This document shows, piece by piece, positions 46,605 to 54,736 of a DNA stretch of 64,000 bases. The DNA is from a virus. Lineage: Duplodnaviria > Heunggongvirae > Uroviricota > Caudoviricetes. Below the pieces are notes generated by a model. That model saw nothing but the letters and a program-made list of their open reading frames with translations, was not told where the DNA came from and ran no database searches. The stretch is taken from IMG/VR virus record IMGVR_UViG_2627853872_000003, one strand, 5' to 3'. The first letter of the stretch is position 1; each line of letters begins with the position of its first letter. Made by a program: the position numbers and the translations under genes.

Positions 46605-47171
46605 TCACGTCAGCTCCTGCGCTCCGGGATGCCTTTCCCCGGCTTCAGCCTCCGGGTGTAGATCCTTGGCGATCCGGGCAGCTGTACGTAGACCCATCAC
46701 GGAGTAGGCGATCACCGACAACCCCCACAGGACCAGCATCGCGTACCGGATTGGGTCGAGGTACTCAGGGCCTGGCGTCGGGATTATCAGTGCTAGCGCG
46801 CCGATGGCGGCATATAGCGCAAACGCCAACCCGCGGGAGGTGCGCAGCCATTGCCGACTTGCGAGGAATGGTCCGGCCAGCAGCCCGATACCGAATGCGA
46901 GGACGAAGGCGGCCCAGCCGAGCACAGCTGAGAAATCATGAATCATGTCGTAGCTCGACATACCGAAGCGATCACAACCCACACGCCGCGGATCGTCGTA
47001 CTCAAGTGCGCATAAGAACTCGCTTGTTCGTGTGCGCACTAGCCAGCGCAGTGCCATGAACAGCCCGGTCACCGCGCTGAACACCAGCGATGCGATGGCC
47101 AGGTCCGACGCGGCGGGATCTCGTCCTTCGCCGCTGGATCCGCTTGGAACAACAATGGGAATCGGAATCAT
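46605..47171 (-). CDS. Integral membrane protein (about 4 TM)
   Basis: Hydrophobic segments IASLVFSAVTGLFMAL, LGWAAFVLAFGIGLLAG, LAFALYAAIGALALII, AMLVLWGLSVIAYSV. Confidence 0.55.
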   Translation of the reverse strand: MIPIPIVVPSGSSGEGRDPAASDLAIASLVFSAVTGLFMALRWLVRTRTSEFLCALEYDDPRRVGCDRFGMSSYDMIHDFSAVLGWAAFVLAFGIGLLAGPFLASRQWLRTSRGLAFALYAAIGALALIIPTPGPEYLDPIRYAMLVLWGLSVIAYSVMGLRTAARIAKDLHPEAEAGERHPGAQELT

Positions 47172-47575
47172 TGGGTCTGCCTGCTTTCGTGTTTGGTGTA
47201 GATGTATGGGCCAGCGCCAGAATCGACGATCACAGGTATTCCCGCGGCGTCCGCCCGCCTGACGCAGTCCCAGGTACCGCGAGAATCCGCGTCAGGAAAA
47301 GCAAGGCAGACGTCGGCACCAAGGTCGACCATCTCTTGGTTTCGCAAGGGGCCAGCGGCTTTACCGTGTTCTTGCCACGCCGCTGGATGAGGTTCGACCA
47401 CGAACCCAAGCCTGTCGCCAATCGCGGCTGCGATGATGTCCGCCCCGCCGCAGGGGCATGCACCATGCACCACTGTCACCGTTCTCGGGTGGAGGTCGGC
47501 TGCAGTTTCACGGAGGGCGGTTTCGATTGTGGCCCGATCTGTCCAGCGGCGACTGCCGGTAATCAGAACGCGCAT
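47168..47575 (-). CDS. SLOG/DUF2493 (DprA-LOG-like Rossmann) protein
   Basis: MRVLITGSRRWTD...VVHGACPCGGADIIAAAIG...GADVCLAFP matches the GSR-motif SLOG fold frequently found in phages. Confidence 0.55.
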   Translation of the reverse strand: MRVLITGSRRWTDRATIETALRETAADLHPRTVTVVHGACPCGGADIIAAAIGDRLGFVVEPHPAAWQEHGKAAGPLRNQEMVDLGADVCLAFPDADSRGTWDCVRRADAAGIPVIVDSGAGPYIYTKHESRQTQ

Positions 47576-47877
47576 CAGCTCTCTCCTGCAATCGCTTTGG
47601 CCCGGATAGGCTCACCGTCGTCCGGCTCGGTCACTGCGCGACACAACAGCTCTTTGAGCACCGAGTCTGCGACGCCATCGAGAACCATTCGAACCACGAA
47701 ATCAACGTCACCATGATCGGCGCCGCACTTCTTCTTGTGACACTCAGGAAACCGCCATTGCACATCCGCGCGACTTAGCGCGGTCGCATAGATGGCCTGC
47801 CGGACGCGTGGCCACAAAGCCATTTCGTCCACGAGTGGTGGAGTTTTGACCGCCCCGCTGTCGACGCCGCCGGTCAT
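47575..47877 (-). CDS. Hypothetical protein
   Basis: About 100 aa from MTGGVDSGAV. The upstream part of the ORF looks spurious. Confidence 0.35.
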   Translation of the reverse strand: MTGGVDSGAVKTPPLVDEMALWPRVRQAIYATALSRADVQWRFPECHKKKCGADHGDVDFVVRMVLDGVADSVLKELLCRAVTEPDDGEPIRAKAIAGES

Positions 47878-48224
47878 GCTGTGTCCGCTGTGGATTCGCA
47901 CACTCTGGCCACGCGACGAAGGCCACTGCGGGTCCGGTGTTGTATCACAACTTCGAACGTGAGAAAGAGGATGCCGATGAAACTTGCCGCTAGCGGCGGA
48001 AGCGCCGTACAGGTAAAGGCCAGAAGGCCTATTTCGAGTACAAAGATGCCCGCCTGATTGGCCGCACCGATGCGGCGCCACCGTCGATAGTCCTGAGCTC
48101 CGGCGTCATTAGCTATCTGCGAAAGCGCGAGCGTCGCGCGCTCTCGTGGTGTGAGTCGGAATAGAGAAACGGCCACCGCGCCGTCCATGAAAGGCACGAG
48201 GCGTGACCGGACGCGGACGCTCAC
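47874..48224 (-). CDS. Possible small membrane protein
   Basis: Hydrophobic GIFVLEIGLLAFTCTALPPLAASFIGILFLTF. Weak support. Confidence 0.3.
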   Translation of the reverse strand: MSVRVRSRLVPFMDGAVAVSLFRLTPRERATLALSQIANDAGAQDYRRWRRIGAANQAGIFVLEIGLLAFTCTALPPLAASFIGILFLTFEVVIQHRTRSGLRRVARVCESTADTA

Positions 48225-48565
48225 CTGTCACCACCAGCGACCGGCTGCTTATCGTTCCAATCACAGTCGGCAGCAACGCCGTTCACATGGTTGTAGCGGG
48301 GGTCGCCGTCATAGGCGTGCTCGTAACACAGCACCTTCTCCTTGCCACCAGGAAGAAGCATCCAGTAGGTGCTGAACCCGCCATCGACATTGGGGGTTTT
48401 CGTCTCTGGCGCCGGGGCCGGAATCGGCCTCGTCGTTGGTGTAGCAGGGCTCTCGAACCCGGGAAGCAGGGTGTCCGTACTGCACCCCACCACTGACCCA
48501 GCCACGCCACCGAAGATCAGCGATGCCGCCACGATGCGGGGGACCAGGCGGCGGGTCACTGGCAT
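48221..48565 (-). CDS. Putative lipoprotein
   Basis: Signal peptide plus VVGCS lipobox, Pro/Thr-rich linker, Cys-containing C-terminus. Confidence 0.5.
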   Translation of the reverse strand: MPVTRRLVPRIVAASLIFGGVAGSVVGCSTDTLLPGFESPATPTTRPIPAPAPETKTPNVDGGFSTYWMLLPGGKEKVLCYEHAYDGDPRYNHVNGVAADCDWNDKQPVAGGDR

Positions 48566-48666
48566 ATCCCAGCAATCAAAACAGCAGCGATCGCCACGAC
48601 GATGGCGATGAGCACCGCTGCCGCAGGCCAGCCATGCAAGCTCTGCAATGGTGTGTTGAAGTCCAT
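48558..48666 (-). CDS. Small hydrophobic peptide (36 aa) not in ORF track
   Basis: MDFNTPLQSLHGWPAAAVLIAIVVAIAAVLIAGICQ. Stop overlaps the start of the lipoprotein gene (ATGCCAGTGA). Confidence 0.35.
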
Positions 48667-48671
48667 GTTCC

Positions 48672-48953
48672 TCAGCCCTTCTCGCTGCGTGGCTCGGACC
48701 CCAGACTCAGCAGCGAGGTGAGGTTGAGATCGCGCTGAATGTTCCCGCCCGTCACGGTGTCGACGACGAGCAAGGTCCCGGTCACGATGATGGCGATCAG
48801 GGCGACGTGCAGGAGCTTTCTCACGATGCCGCTGACAGCAGTGACCACGGCGACAACAACGGCCACCGACGCGGTCGGCCAGTGATTCATGCCAGGCACA
48901 AGGGTTGTAGCGGTACCGCCGACACCCGTCGTCAACGCTCCCGCCAACGCCAT
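48672..48953 (-). CDS. Small membrane protein
   Basis: Two hydrophobic helices (VAVVVAVVTAVSGIV; LHVALIAIIVTGTLLVV). First gene downstream of motif copy 5. Confidence 0.45.
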   Translation of the reverse strand: MALAGALTTGVGGTATTLVPGMNHWPTASVAVVVAVVTAVSGIVRKLLHVALIAIIVTGTLLVVDTVTGGNIQRDLNLTSLLSLGSEPRSEKG

Positions 48954-48999
48954 GCGGCGAAAAGCTGCCGTTCTGAACACGACTACCACCTATTCCAAG

Positions 49000-49016
49000 T
49001 TCTCTAAAATGGAGAA
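49000..49016. promoter_or_regulatory. 17-bp palindrome variant TTCTCTAAAATGGAGAA (copy 5)
   Basis: Reverse-orientation spacer with one arm mismatch. Followed by TAGAT as in copy 1. Upstream of the minus-strand membrane-protein operon. Confidence 0.6.
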
Positions 49017-49020
49017 TAGA

Positions 49021-49296
49021 TCAGTTGCGTTGCGTAGACAACACTCGGCGCGCGACACGCGCAAACATGGCGGGACACGTTGCCCCCTCCCCTCTCGTCG
49101 ACTCCCGAGAGCCGCCGGTCACGTCCCCGACAAGTTGCCTGGCTCGCGTTCGAAGCTCATGGGCCTCAGCATGTTTACCCATCCCCTCCAACTTCTTGGC
49201 ACGGGTCAAGAAGACATCCGCAGCGATTCGATCGGGGGTTCTCGCAGCAGGGTCGACAGAGCGCTTCACAGCGGCAACACCTTTCTGCCCGCGCAA
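49021..49296 (-). CDS. Hypothetical small basic protein
   Basis: 91-aa ORF. Weak support. Confidence 0.35.
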   Translation of the reverse strand: MRGQKGVAAVKRSVDPAARTPDRIAADVFLTRAKKLEGMGKHAEAHELRTRARQLVGDVTGGSRESTRGEGATCPAMFARVARRVLSTQRN

Positions 49297-49389
49297 CTGG
49301 TGCCCGGGGCAATGGGGACACAGACCTATGACATGAACAAGGCCGGAGACGGGGGCGCTTCCTGCACCCGCCTCCGGCCTTCCGGTAGC

Positions 49390-49956
49390 TCAGTCGAACA
49401 GGTTTCTCATGTCCCCGATCACTTCGGAGTCGAAGGGATTGGCACCCGCCTTGGCATATTTCTCAGCAGCTGCAGCCCTTTCAGAGTCTGCCTTCGCAGT
49501 GTACCGGCGCGCCGCTTCTGCGTTGGTGCGCTCTTCCTCCTGCAGCGCGGCTTCGCTGGCGGTCGTGGGGATTTCGAACTCGACGTGGGCATCGACCCGT
49601 TCTCCGAAAAATCCCTCGGCCAACGCGGACAGTCGCGGGTCGTCCGGTTCAGCGTCGGTGAGATAGGCGATAACCGTGGAGAACACCATCGGTGTCTGAT
49701 TCACGCCGCTCTCGTCGGGCTCAATCTCCTGCATGATGCGGATGCGGCCATGCGTGATCGTTGGGCGAATACCGATTCCAAGACGGTCCAGCTCATCGCG
49801 TACGTCAGCTGCGAGCTCATCAGTTTGTTTGGCGAGGTCGTACTCGTGAGCGCGCAGGATGTCGAACAGCGCAGCTGTGAAGTACACCGCCAACGTCGGG
49901 GCTCCCGTATCGGCATTGATCGGCCGGAGGTAGGTAGTGCTATCGAGGGCAGTCAT
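49390..49956 (-). CDS. Hypothetical acidic protein
   Basis: 188 aa with protein-like composition. Confidence 0.5.
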   Translation of the reverse strand: MTALDSTTYLRPINADTGAPTLAVYFTAALFDILRAHEYDLAKQTDELAADVRDELDRLGIGIRPTITHGRIRIMQEIEPDESGVNQTPMVFSTVIAYLTDAEPDDPRLSALAEGFFGERVDAHVEFEIPTTASEAALQEEERTNAEAARRYTAKADSERAAAAEKYAKAGANPFDSEVIGDMRNLFD

Positions 49957-50046
49957 GATTCAAAGTGCCTTTCATTGGCAGTGATATTCATGCGAGATGC
50001 TAGGTCTAATGCGTGGTGCATGCGGAGCGCAACACCTATGAAGACA

Positions 50047-50080
50047 GAAGACCCGCACCCAGTTGCGAGTGCGGGTCTTC
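50047..50080 (-). terminator. Intrinsic terminator-like hairpin (12-bp perfect stem)
   Basis: gaagacccgcac ... gtgcgggtcttc with a 10-nt loop, 28 bp after the stop of 50108-50758. Confidence 0.55.
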
Positions 50081-50107
50081 ATATGCCGTCACACAGCGGT
50101 TCGCCGA

Positions 50108-50758
50108 TTAGGCGGCGGACGTCGTCCACCACTGGAATTGGCTGATGGCGGCTTCACGAAGGAAGCCGATCACCTGCTCGACGCTGTATCCAACGGCGGC
50201 GTATCCCGAGTTCTGATCGTCCAGCGCTCGCAGAACCTTCGCGTCGTTGTCATTGTTGGTAGGGACCTTGATCGCGACACCGGTAACCGCCTGTTCGCCG
50301 CGATGGAAGCAGGTCACCAGTTCATTGCGGATGTTCTTCTGCATGATCGTGATGTTCTTGGCCTCCGTGAACTGACCGGTGGCCGGATCAAGCACGATGT
50401 AGTCGACGGTCGGAGCCATGACCTGCTCCTTCTCGTACTTGCTGGTGCGCTGAGCGATGCCCAGAAGCCGGAAAAGGATCGGCTTGTTGAAGTGCTCTTC
50501 CGGAATTCCGCCTCCGCCACTGTTCGGGATAACGCCGATGTTGGGTGCGACAGAACTGACGCCCGCGTAACCCGCCGGCAGACCGACAGGAGCGGCGGTC
50601 GGCACGGCTGCAGCTGCCACAGGCGCCGCAGCGACGGGGGCAGCGGCAGGAACAGCGGCCGGTGCTGGAGCTGCGGCCACCGGGGCGGCTGCCACTGGAG
50701 CGGGGGCTGCTGGAGCGGCTGCCACAGGAACAGCGGCAGGAGCGATAGGAGCGGTCAT
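50108..50758 (-). CDS. Protein with Ala/Pro-rich N-terminus and conserved-looking C-terminal domain
   Basis: Start MTAPIAPAAV (ATG 50758, RBS AAGAGG). C-terminal domain is K/N/I-rich (IPEEHFNKPILFRLLGIAQRTSKYEKEQV...), unlike the local GC-driven composition. Confidence 0.55.
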   Translation of the reverse strand: MTAPIAPAAVPVAAAPAAPAPVAAAPVAAAPAPAAVPAAAPVAAAPVAAAAVPTAAPVGLPAGYAGVSSVAPNIGVIPNSGGGGIPEEHFNKPILFRLLGIAQRTSKYEKEQVMAPTVDYIVLDPATGQFTEAKNITIMQKNIRNELVTCFHRGEQAVTGVAIKVPTNNDNDAKVLRALDDQNSGYAAVGYSVEQVIGFLREAAISQFQWWTTSAA

Positions 50759-51160
50759 GGTAGTGCCTCTTTTCTGGTGCTGTTGAGTTGCTGTTGCTGA
50801 TCTATGCCGGTGTGGATGCATCGTCGACGGGCTTCCCTACCTGTCGAAGATGCATGCATCCGTGCCGACTGCCTAACTATTTACACCCCATGACCGACAA
50901 GCAACTGAGACGGCAAATGCCGGTTTTCTCGGCGTGTCGCGGCTTCAGTAGTGCCCCTTACACCGCGCGAAGACCGCTGTGATGTGGGGGCGTTGACGTA
51001 ACGCACGCGGTGGTCATCGGCCTGGCTGTGCGCCGTTTCAGGATCAGACAAAGTCAGCTCGTACAACTGGTGAAGCCTCTGCAGCCGTTGCGGTTTGGTC
51101 GCAGGTGACAGGTGCGCCGTCTATGCGCATCGGCGACCGTAGCCTTGCTCGGCGCGGCAC

Positions 51161-51814
51161 CTACACCAGGAATCGGTATACGTGCCCTGGACGGCCGGTT
51201 GGTGCTGGCTTACGCAGCTCCTCGGTTCGGCGGTATAGCAGTGAGCGGTCCAGGCGCTTGCGGGCTGCACCCGCGGTTGTCGGGCCGCAGACACTGAGCA
51301 GCGCGCGAACTTGGGCGAGAGTGGTCTCGTCGCCGAGCATGGCGCGTGTGGTGTCCGGGTCGACCAGCAGGCGCTCCCCCAGGCGCAAGATGGCCGACCT
51401 TGCGATCGCCGTGTGGCCGAATGGCATTGCCTCCGGTATCTGGGTCACTGGCACTGCGCCCCTGACCTCGGCGGGGACACGGGCCACCACGACGATCGAT
51501 ACGGTGTGTCCCCGTTCGTCGCGACCCGGGTCGCTGACGACGTCGACGACAGCGATGCCGCCGGTCAACTCGGTACCGGCCTTGTCCCGCACGATGCGCT
51601 GCGCGCACTGCTCGACGGTCTCCCCCTCCCAGGCGGCCAGCAGCCCACCAGGCAAAGTGATTTCGCCTTTGTGCGGTGCACCGGCGCGCTCGATCAGCAC
51701 GATCTTCGGCTCAGGGTCATCGGTGAGTGCAACGACATCCACGCTGAGCCAGGTGCCGTGCACCGGATGATCGTCGGGTGGCACGGCCAGGTTCGATTCG
51801 GTCATCGATCTCAT
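51161..51814 (-). CDS. NrtR-like protein: degenerate Nudix domain + C-terminal winged-helix-like domain
   Basis: Nudix-fold region LPGGLLAAWEGETVEQCAQRIVRDKAGTE has a degenerate REx2EE box. C-terminal TLAQVRALLSVCGPTTAGAARKRLDRSLL...GRPGHVYRF looks like a wHTH. The architecture matches NrtR-family ADP-ribose-responsive regulators. Confidence 0.6.
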   Translation of the reverse strand: MRSMTESNLAVPPDDHPVHGTWLSVDVVALTDDPEPKIVLIERAGAPHKGEITLPGGLLAAWEGETVEQCAQRIVRDKAGTELTGGIAVVDVVSDPGRDERGHTVSIVVVARVPAEVRGAVPVTQIPEAMPFGHTAIARSAILRLGERLLVDPDTTRAMLGDETTLAQVRALLSVCGPTTAGAARKRLDRSLLYRRTEELRKPAPTGRPGHVYRFLV

Positions 51815-53334
51815 GACCGCTGCCTCCTCGAGTGGCTGTAACGCTGATAGACACCGGTCTCACGGGCCAACGTTTCGCGCACTTCGGTGAAGCTGTATTG
51901 CCGCAACAGCTTTCCATCCTCGAACACCAGCTTCAGTTCGTTGTCGGCTTCCTGATCGGCATCGGCGTGTTCGATCAGGTACGGCTCGCCGCTCATCGCG
52001 CGTCGCACCGCCAATCGTCCGGTAGCCGACTTCTTGGATCCGTCATCGGTGACCGGGTCTTTGAGGATGCCGTGGCCGACACCGTCGATCTGAACCCATG
52101 TCGCCTTGACGGCCAGCTTGAAAACGTCGCGTGTTTGGTATTGGTAGGTGTAGGAACCGAAGCCGAAAACCACAGTGGTGGAGGCATAGCCCTGCACCAT
52201 CAGGTTCCGCGTGATCGCGTCAGCGCGCTCAAAGGTGATCGAATCCCCATAGATCGCGCCGATGTGAGGCTCCAGCTCGCGGTACCCCTTTGCGTTGGTC
52301 ACGGTGCCGAACGTCTCGGCTAGCAGGTTCACCACGCCCTTGCGAGCCGGACTGCCTTCGGGCGCCGCTGGATCTCCGCACAGGATCAGCTCAGGGTCAC
52401 CGCTGTCGGGCCGGATCACGAGCTTTCCGTCGCGAGCCATGATCTGTTCCTTGCGCGCGGGCAGATACTCGGTGAGCACCCGCCACAGATCCCAGGTGTC
52501 GGAGACGACCGACAGGATTCCTTCGGGATACAGGCTCAGCAGCCGATCGAAGGTCACCAGCTCGCCGTCTTGTCCGCCGGCACACATCACCGAGTGCTCG
52601 GTCGCCGGAACTGATGCGCCGATCAAGGCGTCGCCGTTGCCGGGATAGAACCGTTCGATGAACCGGATCGCGGGCAATCCGTCGGTGCCCGTGAAGCTGA
52701 CCAGGTGGCCCGCACCTGATGCGGCCGCCGCTGCGTCTCCAGCCATGCCCCGGTAGGAGAAGTCATGACCCTGGAACTGCACCGCGGTTTCATCGCCAGA
52801 CTCGGCAGCGCGTTCGTCGAGCAGCTTGCGGTTGTTCCAGGCGATGGTGGCACTGGTGATCGGCTGCCACAGCTCAGCCGACAACTGCGTCTCGAAGTAG
52901 TTGGTCAGCCAGAAGAACCGGGAATCGGTGTTCTCCACAGTTAGATACGGAACCCGCAAAGGTACTAGCGATCCTTCCCGCACCGCCCGCACACGCAGTG
53001 GCAGGTAGCCCAACGTGTGTAGGTCGCGGAAGTGCTGAACGCCAACCGTGTTCGGCCCCAACAGCGCGGTCACAAACCGCTCGTATCCGGCCAGCACCGG
53101 TTCGAGTTCGTCGGCGGTCAGGTCGAAGAACACCTGCCAGTCTTCGATCAGCCGCTGCAGATATGCCTGCAGACCGAAGAACACCGTGGCATCGATGCCC
53201 GGCACCCGGGTACCCCGCGCGGTGAGGTTGGAGTAGACGAACTCGGTTCCGTCCGGGTACTGGCGCCGGTGGTCGAGCTTGTAGGCGTCGGTGGCCAGCA
53301 GCGTGTCCAGCGCACGGTTCTGCTTGTCGTTCAT
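51811..53334 (-). CDS. Nicotinamide phosphoribosyltransferase (NAMPT/NadV)-family protein, candidate nicotinamide-ADPR transferase
   Basis: DTLLATDAYKLDHRRQYP and VFFGLQAYL motifs of the NAMPT family. Alternative start 53375. RBS AGGGGGAA before ATG 53334. Confidence 0.8.
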   Translation of the reverse strand: MNDKQNRALDTLLATDAYKLDHRRQYPDGTEFVYSNLTARGTRVPGIDATVFFGLQAYLQRLIEDWQVFFDLTADELEPVLAGYERFVTALLGPNTVGVQHFRDLHTLGYLPLRVRAVREGSLVPLRVPYLTVENTDSRFFWLTNYFETQLSAELWQPITSATIAWNNRKLLDERAAESGDETAVQFQGHDFSYRGMAGDAAAAASGAGHLVSFTGTDGLPAIRFIERFYPGNGDALIGASVPATEHSVMCAGGQDGELVTFDRLLSLYPEGILSVVSDTWDLWRVLTEYLPARKEQIMARDGKLVIRPDSGDPELILCGDPAAPEGSPARKGVVNLLAETFGTVTNAKGYRELEPHIGAIYGDSITFERADAITRNLMVQGYASTTVVFGFGSYTYQYQTRDVFKLAVKATWVQIDGVGHGILKDPVTDDGSKKSATGRLAVRRAMSGEPYLIEHADADQEADNELKLVFEDGKLLRQYSFTEVRETLARETGVYQRYSHSRRQRS

Positions 53335-53381
53335 CGGTTCCCCCTGTGTGTTGGTGTTGTCGGCAGTCCTGGCCTGCGTGT

Positions 53382-53792
53382 TCATCGTTGGTCCTCTGCT
53401 ATCCATTGACGGGCGATCTCGCAGAGCGCGATCCACACGGCGTCCTTCACACGCTCTTCCCAGCCCAGTTCGTTGAACGGGACCATGTCCGGATGTGTCT
53501 TCGCAGCTACATCGCGCACGGGGCCGTATGTCCACCCCAGCTGCTCGTACGCATGCCACCAACTGTCGTGCGCCTGTTCAGGCGTCGCATACCGGTCGGG
53601 GCCCATCATCTTCTCGGTGATTTCCAGGAACTGCGCCCGGAAATGCTCCTCGCGCGCCGACCAGGGCTCCGGTACGACGGGCGCGTTCACTGCGGCTGCC
53701 TGTAGCCGCGCGGCCTCGTAGATGAAGATGGCTTGTCGCTCAAGCAGAGTGCCTTTGGTCGGCCATTCGATGGCAGAAAAATTCTGAGTCAT
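53382..53792 (-). CDS. RyR (ryanodine-receptor Ry) domain protein
   Basis: [46 protein letters not shown] matches the bacterial/phage RyR-domain consensus (H..W....GW.YG....D...K.HP.lVP...L). Confidence 0.6.
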   Translation of the reverse strand: MTQNFSAIEWPTKGTLLERQAIFIYEAARLQAAAVNAPVVPEPWSAREEHFRAQFLEITEKMMGPDRYATPEQAHDSWWHAYEQLGWTYGPVRDVAAKTHPDMVPFNELGWEERVKDAVWIALCEIARQWIAEDQR

Positions 53793-54676
53793 TTCGGTTC
53801 CTCGCTGATGTTGTGCAGGACGTCGATCACGTAGCGGCCAAGTGGGTGGATCTGTACTGCCGCGCCCTCGGGTGATGTCACGGCGGCCGCTACTGCCGAG
53901 CGCAGCGAGTCGGTGGTGTGGATGCTCCGGTAGTTGTCAGTCAAGACATCGGTGCCCTTGGTGAACCCGCCGTGGGTGATCCACAGATCAAGCTCGAAGC
54001 CGGCACCCAGTCCCTGAGCCAGCAGCGCGAACGTTCCACCGCCGTCGCAGATGTCATCGACCACCAAGTACCGGCCCGGTCGATCCTTCACCTCAGCGGG
54101 GGCGTTGTAGCCCAGAAGTTGTCCGGTGGCGGGATCGCGCTTCTTGTCGGCCACCGACACCGGCAGCTCTAGCTGCGCGGCGACTGTGCTCGCGCGCCGC
54201 AGCGAGCCGGCATCCGGACCGATCACCCCGAGGTAGTCGCCAGCGTCAACCGCCGCAGCCGCAACCTCGGCCAGGGAGATCATGTGAACGGAAACAGTGG
54301 GGTTGACGGCCCGCAGCGTGTCCAGCCACACCGGCGAGTGCGGGTCGATGGTGACTATCCCGGTGATTCCTGACAGCGCGGCCAGACGCGCGTTGGTGTG
54401 CGCGGGGCAGGGCGTGTCTTTGTCGCCGCGGGCGCTGGGCAGAAACGGCATCACCAAGATTCGGTGCGGGTACGCCGCTGTCAGAGCTGCCCAGTTGAAC
54501 ACGACGGTCCAGTCCGGCGCGGCTGTGTGCACCCAGAGCACCTGCACACCCGGGACGAGATCTGCCCCATCGACGGAGCGCACCGTCAGATCACCCATCG
54601 GGTAGGCGAATATCTCTATCGCAGCTGCTGTGAGCTGCCCCCCGTCATAGGCGAAGAACTCGTAGTCGTTCGTCAT
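53789..54676 (-). CDS. Ribose-phosphate pyrophosphokinase (Prs)-like protein, candidate ADP-ribose pyrophosphokinase
   Basis: PRTase type-I fold motifs [21 protein letters not shown] and the PRPP-binding loop [16 protein letters not shown]. Confidence 0.75.
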   Translation of the reverse strand: MTNDYEFFAYDGGQLTAAAIEIFAYPMGDLTVRSVDGADLVPGVQVLWVHTAAPDWTVVFNWAALTAAYPHRILVMPFLPSARGDKDTPCPAHTNARLAALSGITGIVTIDPHSPVWLDTLRAVNPTVSVHMISLAEVAAAAVDAGDYLGVIGPDAGSLRRASTVAAQLELPVSVADKKRDPATGQLLGYNAPAEVKDRPGRYLVVDDICDGGGTFALLAQGLGAGFELDLWITHGGFTKGTDVLTDNYRSIHTTDSLRSAVAAAVTSPEGAAVQIHPLGRYVIDVLHNISEEPK

Positions 54677-54684
54677 AGCAGAGA

Positions 54685-54727
54685 CCCTACACCACTTTCG
54701 TACATTTTGTACGTAAGTGGTGTAGGG
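54685..54727. promoter_or_regulatory. 43-bp nested palindrome (candidate NrtR operator / intra-operon attenuator)
   Basis: Outer arms ccctacaccact / agtggtgtaggg (12 bp perfect). Inner cgtaca-ttt-tgtacg. Located 8 bp upstream of the Prs-like start and 9 bp after the macro gene stop, overlapping the RBS region. Confidence 0.6.
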
Positions 54728-54736
54728 CTCAGGTGT

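Noticed and set aside
46436-47059. 207-aa Arg-rich plus-strand ORF
   Set aside because: Extreme Arg/Ser/Pro bias and full antisense overlap with a convincing membrane-protein gene. Typical antisense artefact in high-GC DNA.
48889-50145. 418-aa plus-strand ORF
   Set aside because: Runs antisense across three minus-strand genes, a copy of the 17-bp motif and a terminator hairpin, with Arg/Ser-rich composition. Spurious.
50812-50860. Imperfect hairpin spanning the start of gene 50108-50758
   Set aside because: 7-bp stem with a large loop and mismatches. Not distinguishable from chance.
54685-54727. Simple rho-independent terminator
   Set aside because: No downstream U-tract on the transcribed (minus) strand. 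The structure sits within 8 bp of the next start codon inside an operon. Operator or RBS-occluding hairpin considered more likely.
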